Made by a program: the position numbers and the translations under genes. A DNA stretch of 64,000 nucleotides. It comes from Nymphaea colorata. Its lineage: Eukaryota. This document shows positions 54,113 to 64,000 of this stretch, one piece after another. The notes under the pieces were generated by a model. It was given only the letters and a program-made list of their open reading frames with translations, was not told the DNA's origin and made no database searches. Each line of letters begins with the position of its first letter. The first letter of the stretch is position 1. The stretch spans positions 15,314,001 to 15,378,000 of the forward strand of contig NC_045138.2 of NCBI RefSeq assembly GCF_008831285.2, given 5' to 3'.

Positions 54113-55240
54113 GGAAAAATTTACAGAAGACAACCAAACGTTTGAGCCAATAACAAGCTGGCCCTCAACCTTTCAACTACCACAAATAAGCACTTAACTT
54201 TTTCAGAAAACTCACAAACAGCAGTTTTACATAAAGAAACATTAAAATGTAAGATTAATTTACAAATCTAACCCTCTATTTTTAATCTATAATCGTTTCT
54301 TAAGCAGTTGGAAAACAAGATGTTTAATTTTTTGTTTAGTTTATTGGAAAACCAGATCTAAGCATATGAAAAATCAGAAACCTGCCGGAAAATTGTGCAA
54401 TGGTGATTCTAAAGCAAAAGTCTCAAAATTTTCTATCGGTTTTGATTCATTTTTGTACTCAATGAGTCTTAAGATAGGTTTAGAAAGATTTTGAAACAGA
54501 ATTTACAAAAAAACGTTGAGAAATCGATTGGATTTTCATCAAAATCGTGGTTGTCTGTGCCGGATGTGCTCTTCCTCTTTTCTCTTGGCAATTCATGAGT
54601 TTTGATGCAACCATGGGTCCATCTTGATTAAATTGGTGCTTTTCCTTGAAGACATTTTGGAATGATTTTGAACCAATAATTGATAAAAAAAAAAAACAAC
54701 TACAACAATTGACTAGATTTTGGGGCAAAGCTGAACACTGTTACCACCAGTGGATTTTCTCAAAATCCAGGAAAAGAAAACTTGAAATTACTAGCATTAT
54801 TCCTGTTTGGCTTATCTCTATTTAAGTATGATCTCTAGTATTTTGGAACCATGTTTCTTGAGTTATTGAGTTGATTTGGTCCACAAATTTCATATAATCC
54901 CCTCTATTCTTTCTATGCAGCATGGACCGCAAGGTTGGCCACCACACCCTTGATGCCCTTGCTGCCCTGGTGAGAAAAAGTCCCAACTCTCTTCATCTGG
55001 TGAGGGTCAACAGCTGGTCGATTTTCCATCACCAGCGACGGGATTGATGATTTTTTTTATTTATTAAAAACTAATTTTGATTTTAAGGTTACATTTGTAA
55101 ATTGGGCATATATTTTAATATTTCTTTTTGAAATGGAGCTTTTTTGTGATTTTCATGATAGGGCTTGTTTGTGGTAGTTCAAAGGGTGAGGGTCTATTTG
55201 TTATTGGCCCAAAGGATGGGTGCTCCCTCATAAAATTTTA
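54113..55240. mobile_element. Non-autonomous Mutator-like element (MULE) with ~160-bp degenerate TIRs
   Basis: Left arm 54113-~54275 (..tttgagccaataacaagctggccctcaacctttcaactaccacaaataagc..aatttacaaatctaaccc) aligns by eye with the reverse complement of ~55083-55240 (..tttgggccaataacaaatagaccctcaccctttgaactaccacaaacaagc..aatttacaaatgtaacc). No transposase is present and no TSD is recognisable. Confidence 0.72.
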
Positions 55241-56589
55241 TGAATTTTCGGATTGAAATTTGGAACATGACCAATAATTAATTGGAGAAAATTACACAGA
55301 ACCGCCCAACTATTGGACAAATACTAAATGACTGCCCAACTTTTCATGTCTAACGCTTCTCAAGTTTTCCCCATAGAGATCGAATGACTACCTCCAGATA
55401 GAAAAGAAAACATGAAGTGGTTCTGCCACTGGTCCACAACAGCTATGGATGTGGATCCAGATCTGGGCAGGCAAAAGGTGTCACACAGGCAGATCGAAGA
55501 GACTGATATATCCATTAAGGAACCAGCTATTAACCAGATTAAGTTGGGAAGACAAAAATCAAATTCAATTGATCATTCATCGATCCTGTGAAAACAACGA
55601 AAGCAGCCAGAAGTCGTTCACAACCCTACCAGCGCAGTGGAGGAAAAATCTTTCCAAAGGGAAACTCTTGACGAGGAGTTTAAACTTTAAATCAAATAAA
55701 CGAACACATCAAATTGTAGCAGAAATTTTACTACATACATGAAATGAAAATGGTTGTTAAGGGAAGAAGTTCGGTATTCACTCGTTTCTAAGGTAAGTAT
55801 ATCCCAGCAGCCATACAGGCAGGAAGCACTATCCCAATCTAACATGGCATTAGGATTTCATCATGGATTAAAAACACACACTTCACTCTAGCTAAAGGAG
55901 AAGGCGCACAAACAAATGTACCCCAGTAACAATCTGCCACAAACAGATACCCCAGTGAGAATCTGTCTCATATGCGCAGGTTTGCCCTGTTCTCGCATGA
56001 CCAGATTTATTCTCCTAACAAAGCGTCTCAATTAGAAGGCCAAGAATGAAGCGCCCTGTGGCCATAGCCTTTTCGCCAGACGTACTTCGTGCTGCCCAAT
56101 CCAGTTGCGACTCGCTAATAGAACCAGGCATTTTCTGTCGAGCAGGCTAATTTCAATAGTTGGATAGTAGCCCACGGAAAGAAAGAAAGTGGCGGCAGTC
56201 AGATCTAGGGAGACCAGTTTATCCAAGCCGCACAACACTAAGAACAATCATTGAGCGAATGGGACCAGCATTGCCGTGAGCCCCACCATTATTGCCCATG
56301 ACACTTTATTTCATTTCAAACTTTACCATCGGATTTATTGAATGAACCACGAGAAGACAACAGCAAATCATCCTCAGTGAGGTCACACATTCTCCCATAA
56401 CAAAATTCTTCTTCCAGAGTAAAGAGAATTGAAATGCCGATGCTTAATAGCCCAAAGTGTTCACCAGCTATCAAAGTTATTACATCTAACAGCCTGGGGA
56501 TTTCGTGACAGCCATTCCCTATTGACAAACGAACTGGAAGACAACAAAATTCCTCGGGGACTTCAAGATGGAACTTTACCAAAGTGACA

Positions 56590-59500
56590 TTAAATTGCTG
56601 CAAAATATTCCTTACTGAGCTTCGGGTCTGGCTTCATAGATTTCTCTCCAGGCTTCCACCCAGCTGGGCAGACCTCATCAGGATTGTCTTGGACATATTG
56701 CAGCGCCTGTATAAAGAAACGGAGGACATAACATTGGTCCAATGTAACTAGCGTGAAAATCAATTTGAAGCCTTAACTTCAAGGGAAAGAGGAAGAAGAA
56801 GAACCGTTGATCCTAACCTGCAGTGTCCTCAGTGTCTCGTCAACACTTCGACCAATAGCAAGATTGTTTATTGTTGAGTGCTGAATAACACCCTCCTTGT
56901 CAATGATAAAGAGCCCCCTCAGAGCAATGCCCTGGCAATTAGAGAAAAGGATTATCAAATTTATCCACGAACAGTGCCAGAATAATGATGGCATCTGAAC
57001 ACTCCAAGGTGCCATAAAGCAACACCCACGGCCCAATACCTGATCTCGGATTAGAACCCCGTAGGACTCTGAAATCGATTTAGTTACATCAGAGATAAGA
57101 GGATATTTCAGATCACCAAGACCGCCTGACTTTCTGTCAGTCTGAATCCATGCAAGATGGGAAAACTGTGCCAAAGATGAAAAGAATCAGGAAGTAGAAC
57201 AGGGCCAGACTAACATGGGCATGCCCAAGATCAAGTTGAAAAATGTAGAGTATGCAGAATGCATCGGTGAGAGAGAGAGAGAGAGAGAGTTTCTTCACAA
57301 ACATGATTAACCAAATCTCAATGTAGGCACAAACAGAATAGAAAGCTAAGTGCAGAAAATAGGTTCTTATTAAAACCAAGAACCGTCTTGCCGACTGGTG
57401 TTAAATTTTGATATAACTCATATACATGGTGTATTTTGATATAACTCATATACATGGTGTCAGAAACGTTCGTCACTAAATAAGCAGCCAACTGTTTTAC
57501 GCTTCTGCATGCATAAACTTCTCATTCCTTAAAAAAATTCTCAAAATTCAATAGCAGGAGGTAACACATAATTCTTTTACAGCAAAACCACGTCAAAGTT
57601 CTGGAGTATGCAGAATGCATCGGTGAGAGAGAGAGAGAGAGAGTTTCTTCGCAAACATGATTAACCAAATCTCAATGTAGGCACAAACAGAATAGAAAGC
57701 TAAGTGCAGAAAATAGGTTCTTATTAAAACCAAGAACTGTCTTGCCGACTGGTGTTAAATTTTGATATAACTCATATACATGGTGTCAGAAACGTTCGTC
57801 ACTAAATAAGCAGCCAACTGTTTTACGCTTCTGCATGCATTAACTTCTCATTCCTTCAAAAAGTTCTCAAAATTCAATAGCAGGAGGTAACACATAATTC
57901 CTTTACAGCAAAACCACGTCAAAGTTCTGTTGCAGACAATTGACCAAGCATTTATTAACAAATATAAACTTATTATCAACGTCTCTGAAAACATCAATCT
58001 TTTTTCAAAATGTGTTTTTAGAAGAGCTATCTCATGGCCACAGCAAGACAGTGAGGATGTAAATAGATCAAACTTGAGTCAGGTCTAGGCCTTACATAGC
58101 TTCACTTAATCAGATTTACGTTCAGGCAGACTTTGATATGATATTCTGAAGCCACATCCAAGTTAGATAAGCTTAGCATCCAACATGCACATAATCACAT
58201 GCACTTGAATCTGGTTCAAGCTCAAATTCATATCTAGAAGTAAAACAATATGACATACAGAAGAGGTTATTGATCAGAAACTATTTCTTTGCCAAGTGTG
58301 TCTAATCAGATTCAGTGCAGGTGCCTGTCCAACCCAAACCTATTCAGCATAGCCCCAAGTAGGAAGACTGACAAGGACACACTCCATTTAGTCAAAAGCC
58401 AAAGCTTGACAAATCCAAGTTTCCAACCATTTTTATTTCACAATCACAAAGTTACTGTTCAACAAAAAAAGATTGAGATCCATAAACGTGTGAAAGTTGA
58501 GATTTTAGAAACTTACCACGCTGTCAACTGAAACACCCAGTACTTCTGTGTTTAACTTCTCAAATTCAGAGTACCGGTCACTGAATGCAGTAATTTCTGC
58601 AAAATGGATAGCGTAAATCCTTCAGTATGATGTGCATACCCTAGCACGGTACTTGTCAAATATAGACAAGTGATTCCAAAAGCAAGGTATGCCAAACTTG
58701 CCTGTCGGGCATACAAATGTGAAGTCCAATGGATAGAAGAAAAGGATGACATACTTCTTCCCAATGTACTCAGAAAGCTTCACCTGATGACATAACCACG
58801 GTCTTAATTAGTTCAGATACAAAACAGAAAACAATATCTTGGCCTTATTTAAACTAACCAGATATAGGAAGGCAAAAAAAGCAAGGAAAGAAATATGGAA
58901 ATGTTTAAAAACCAAACCAAGAGCCAGAAGGCCTGATAGTTTTCATCACTGGATGCTGTTAGACAATGATCGTTGAACTTTTTCACTCCACATGAATAAA
59001 TTCATTAATCAAAAATTATATTTGCTGCTTTTAACCTAGAAAAAAAAATGACAAAGCATGTGAAGAAATACGACAATGTGATAGATGACCCTTTTGATTC
59101 TGACTAATAGTCTAATACTATACACTTAAGTCTCAAGCAGCATCTTGATATCCTTTAGACTTTTAAAGTTATCGATACAAAGTAAGAAGGTAGCTCACAT
59201 TGATAAACTCCTGGTCAAAGACAGCCTCAGCTTCAAAATCTGGTGCTTTGTTTCCAACTAGTGGAGCCTGGCTCTGTCAAAATTCCGACCTTAGCAGGTT
59301 TAGTACAATAATATGTGATCATATGATGATAATAAAGTAGAAAAAGACAGAGATACACGAACCCACAGGAAAAAGAATATAGCGATGTGCCTAATATTAG
59401 ATGTCCGCCGCCATCAGGGAATATCATGATCAGGAACGTTAACTTAAAACTTCCATTTTTCATTTAAATTAGAACAAGAGGAGAATAGAAATTGAAAGCC

Positions 59501-60545
59501 AAAGTTTTACATTTCCTTTTAAGCATTTTCTTCATCTCCAACGTTTTGGTTATTATCCACTATCTAAAGTTCCGACTATCATGATCTCCCACTTCCTTGT
59601 TAAACCATATCAAAGTCCAACTTGTGGATACGTAAACAACCACAAAACAAGCGTTACCTTCAAAAAATGTGCAAAAATCAGATAATGGTTCACATGGCAC
59701 TCGATGACAATTTCAGCTGGGATGAACTCAAAAAACTGAAGGTGATAGAGAAGACCTGCTACTATACAACCTTAAGTGGCAGTAGAAAGATGACCAGCCA
59801 ACTAATGCCAGACGCTATTGATCACTAATTCTGATGAATAGAAGTGCCGCTTAATAAACCTGGCCGTAGTAAAATTTCTCGATTTTGTATCAAACCAAAC
59901 GAGAATAACGTCCGCTCAAGCGAACTGCCTATCGCTCATAATCCAGAGGGTCAGCCCAAGATTATCCTGCTTGCAGCAGGAGAAGGGCCGTTTTCAGTTG
60001 CGTATCTTCTTCTCTCCCACATTCTCAGATGAAATATAGAAAGGCAAATTCAGATATACAGGATACAGTAGTAAGCAACTCTCAAGAACACACATTTCCC
60101 CAAATTCGACACATGAGCACCGCAACAATCGGCGCCGCGCAAAATCCACCAAATCCAAGAAATTGAATTCGACACGAAATAACCAGAAAAACAGGAAGAC
60201 GGAATTCTCAGAACCAGACTAAGATTTCCTACAAACTCCAAATCCACATACATTTACTATGAACTACCAGAATCAGGGGCAATAACGCTCAAAAAATCGA
60301 CCTGTATAGAATGCGGAAAGGAGACCGATACTCACAGCCTTCACCGAGAAGCTTCTCCGCGAAGATGTCGAGACAGGAAAGCGGGACCTGACGGTCTTGG
60401 AACGTAGGTCGACGGCCTTGCGAAGGCCATGGAAACCCTGAGGGATGACGGAGCGCTGAGGAAAGAGCTTGTTGGAGGAGACGGCCGCAAGGGGATTGGA
60501 AGAGAGGAGGGAGGAGGAAGCCGGCGCCGCCGCCATTGCCGCCAT
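56590..60545 (-). CDS. BAS1: Chloroplast 2-Cys peroxiredoxin BAS1, 7 exons, ~267 aa
   Basis: Exons at 60545-60336 (transit peptide), 59273-59199 ([22 protein letters not shown]), 58783-58702 ([17 protein letters not shown]), 58596-58517 ([15 protein letters not shown]), 57165-57040 (FSHLAW..), 56931-56818 ([14 protein letters not shown]..) and 56706-56590 ([38 protein letters not shown]). Total 804 nt. Both VCP catalytic motifs are present. Confidence 0.96.
57248..57929. repeat. ~330-bp near-perfect tandem duplication within BAS1 intron 4
   Basis: Copy 1 is 57248-57603 and copy 2 is 57604-57929. Copy 1 has an extra nested ~27-bp duplication (ttttgatataactcatatacatggtgt) and one more GA unit. 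Confidence 0.93.
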
Positions 60546-61984
60546 TTCGGGAACGCCCGTAAAACCCTAGTAGCTGGCTCCTACTGGCTAGGCTTCTCCG
60601 CCCTTTGTAGCGACTCCACTCTCTCCCACAGTCCAAGTGAAAGGAGGGAAATGCCGGTAAGAGGATAAGGAGGGGAAAGGTTGGTGGGACGAGGATCAGC
60701 GGCCCTATGCCCGATAAATCAATTACCAATCCTACCCCTCAGCTTTCCTGGTAAAGGCATCGAGATGGTAAAAGAATCGTTTTACCATCTCAGTAAATTG
60801 ATTTCCTTTCCGATTAAATTAGTAACAAAATTAATAGATGTTTGATTCCGAACTTTTTGTATACAGAAGAACATGTTTCTCGTATCTTTGTTCCCTTCTT
60901 ATGGTTAACATGTAAACTGCCCTGGGTAATTTAGAAGGTTATAAAATGATAGAAACTTATCCCGATCGGGGGTGGAAGGTGAACTACAAGCTCGGGTCGG
61001 GTTTATTCAAGGCCCCGGACCACAGTCAGTTCTCTCGAGCAAGCCTACCTTTTACTAAGGCCGTAGAAAAATGCCTACAGTTTTCTAACTATGACCTGCC
61101 CAACCATGTACCACCTTTGGTTAATATCCGATTATTTAAATGCCACTTTCAGCTGAAATAAACCGTGGTGATTCCGTTCCAATAATTTAACGTAGAAATT
61201 TTATCAACAAAAAATATGTGTTAACGAAAAGGGAAAAAAAAAAGTTTTAATTTCTTAGACCGAGATTCTAGAAGCAACACATGGTAGAATCGCGCAGATC
61301 CATAAATAGTTTAATTTCATTCACAGGATTTAGATCCTTACCTTCCGCGTTCCACTTCATATGACAGGAACATTGGGCAACGGGTAATAAAAAAGGCGAC
61401 AATCATTTCCGTGCCACCAAGTTATGCAATGTAAATAAATACTACCATGAATGTTGTTTTAATAAAATTTCGTCACATATATGTGATCTACCAAGACTAA
61501 TTTGATAAAATTGGCCGTTTAATTATCCGTTCACAATCCAAAGATATGTTTTTCTACATCACACATTGTGTCCTTATGTCAGGATCAATTTTGCGCCTCA
61601 TGCCACTAATTTAGCATTAATTTTATTATATATATATATATATATGCGCATAAACACTCATGCGTTCCCTCATTAACTGAAAAAGGTTGGCTTCCAACTA
61701 CCAGCTATCTAAATTACATCTGTATGAAATTTTAAGTTTGTTTTTACAAAGAGATTGCGTAAGGATGGGAGACTTTTGTTGCTCACCTAGTGGGGCGAAG
61801 CTAGGAATTTTTTAGTAAAAAGGCCAAATTATATATTTCAAAGTCATGACTGGGATCAAAGTATAACAAAACAAATCCTTTTTTTATCAAAAAGAATTTT
61901 TTTTTTTTTTTTTGGTGATGAGGATCCTTTGCTCACCCAAGCGCATGAAACCGAGAGGGTAGTGCTGTTTTCATGTTTCATAAA

Positions 61985-62155
61985 GGGGTCATTTGGAAAT
62001 GAAACACTTTGTGAATGTTTCATGAATTTGCTCAAAAGATTATATTAGAATTGTGGACACCTCGTTCTAATGCTCCGTGAATCTAACAAAATCTTTAAGG
62101 TAGATTTATAAAACATTCAAAAAAGTATTTTAGTGTTTCAATTGCCAAACGACCC
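61985..62155. mobile_element. Tourist-like fold-back MITE, ~170 bp
   Basis: TIRs ggggtcatttggaaatgaaacac ... gtgtttcaattgccaaacgaccc, with TAA at or next to both ends. The internal halves are also complementary. Confidence 0.72.
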
Positions 62156-64000
62156 TAAAAAAAACTGAATTACATTGAATTTGGACGGTGACTGCGTTCC
62201 AGACTTGCTTCAACTGTGCCAACTTCCTTCTGCCATTGAATTATGGTGTGAGACTTAAAGAAAACAACTTGTACCTGTACAATTCATGGATTCTTGTAGG
62301 AAAGGCTTTCCCTAGAGCCCTACTGATGTAATTGTCTCAACATGCCTTCGCTTAATTTTATGCAACCTAGTTTTTTTTTAAAAAAAAATTGCAGCTAGGT
62401 GTAGGTGTGCCAAACAAGAAAGTTCTGGATTCCCCTGAAACTCAATAAATACTAAACTCAATAGGTCTTAGGCCTAATCGTAAAAGAAGAATCCTGATAA
62501 TTAAGAGTTCAGTTGGATCGACCGACTCCAATTACGGAACAAGTGGGTGCCGGTTATGAAATATTTATGAAATTAAGCAAGTTCAATGGCGTAACCCTAG
62601 TTTGGACCCACAACATTGTCATGTAAAACAAATCGTGAAAGAAATTTTATAATGCATGGATAAGTTCTAGCTTTTTGCGAAGTGAACAAGTCTTCTCTTG
62701 TGAGAGCTCCTAATGGGTCTCCGATTCTAGATCCAGTACCAGCACCATCAACCCAGTTTGCGATATAAGCCTCTTGGAGGGGGGAAAACTTGGTGCTGAA
62801 CTTGATTAATTCTTATGTAATTAGATTAGCTCGTATTCGAACCAAAACCATTTATAGCATGAATGGTAGATCCAGATCTATCCATTTAAGCACTTTGGCA
62901 ATGATTGTGTTTGCAGAAAATATTGCTCCATTGGATGTTCTCTACAGTGCAACCCAGCTGGGCTCTTGCATATATATGAACTTATTCCATGGAAAGTTAT
63001 ACTGTTGAAGTCAGCCTTTCGACTCTAATACCAAAGTTAGTAACATTCTTCAAACTTGTTTTTCTGGACCTCACATTTCCTCAAGTTGGAGAATAGAGGC
63101 CTTTACATAACACCATTATCCATTCGCTTTTACTAAAGGTGAGCTAATTAATCGAATCAAACAGCAACAATACCTTTGATGTGAGCCACAAGTTTGAAGC
63201 TTGCATTGCCTTAGATGGAAGAATGTTCCTTGCTTTTCTTCTTAATGGCCGTGAATCCTTCAAGGATAAAAAAGGATCAGATGATTTAAGCAGATGATCT
63301 CCACCTTGAGCAGTCAATAACAAATGAGGACGACGCAGAGGAAGAAGTGAACTCAATTTCGTGATAGAGTGCGAACTTGATCCAAGGTCTTCGATTTAAC
63401 GCTATCTGCAACTTCGGTGCTGCCTTCACCATTTCGAAGAAGAGAGTGCTGTCTCCTTAGGCAGCGTTATCAGCGTCGGCTTGCATGAGCACAAAGCCGA
63501 ACGCATATTCCCATCTTCAAGGACCAGACATTCAAAAGCAGTGCTGCCATGTTCAACTATAGTTTGATAAATACAAATGAACTACAATCATATAAAAAGG
63601 AACATAAAGGGGGCCACATCCTCCTTATTAAATAAGTAGCAGAAGAAGTAGTAAAACCTTTAGCTAAAGTTCCACCTACCAACCCTACTTGACCAAATTG
63701 GTAGATCAATTAATTGCATTAGACCGGCATTACGCTGCAGAAGATGTAAAAGGAAGTATAAATCAATCAGACCTAATCCACATCTAGCATGGTGAATAAT
63801 GCCTTTCCTTGCTAGTTAAAATGCATCACATCGTATAATTGAAGTTTGTTTGTTCAGGTCGCTTTGTGCCACAAAGTCTGGGCTTCTAATCGCGGCCTTC
63901 GAAAACGCCAAATGGAACTGAATATTTTGCATCCGGGAATTGAATTGGATACATGAAAAGAGTGATGAATAATGTCCACTAAAGCCAAGATTTCCGATCT

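Noticed and set aside
63022..63035. PBS-like word (reverse complement tggtattagag)
   Set aside because: No associated LTR pair or gag sequence recognised.

Overview
This is eukaryotic, flowering-plant nuclear DNA: AT-rich, with GT-AG introns, many (TA)n/(GA)n microsatellites and MITE-like debris. No prokaryotic features, CRISPR arrays or rRNA genes were recognised. From hand translation and splice-site walking, the supported genes are: (1) a partial NDR1/HIN1-like (LEA_2) gene running off the left edge, which the ORF track missed; (2) a 5'-truncated, multiply frameshifted ethylene-receptor (ERS1/ETR1-like) pseudogene; (3) an 11-exon DEAD-box helicase of the RH29/DDX54/DBP10 type with a 14-aa tandem repeat in its tail; (4) an intronless 265-aa single-pass, Pro-rich membrane protein; (5) a 3-exon SMXL3-like gene; (6) an intronless GC-rich A1 aspartic protease; and (7) a 7-exon chloroplast 2-Cys peroxiredoxin (BAS1) with a GC-AG intron. 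Intergenic DNA holds a TRIM mini-retrotransposon, a Mutator-like element with ~160-bp TIRs, Tourist-like MITEs and several local tandem duplications. I found no clearly new biological system. The best leads are the FRGK motif and two uORFs of the SMXL3-like gene, and the (TA)n-bracketed ethylene-receptor fragment. Family assignments rest on recalled motifs, not database searches.
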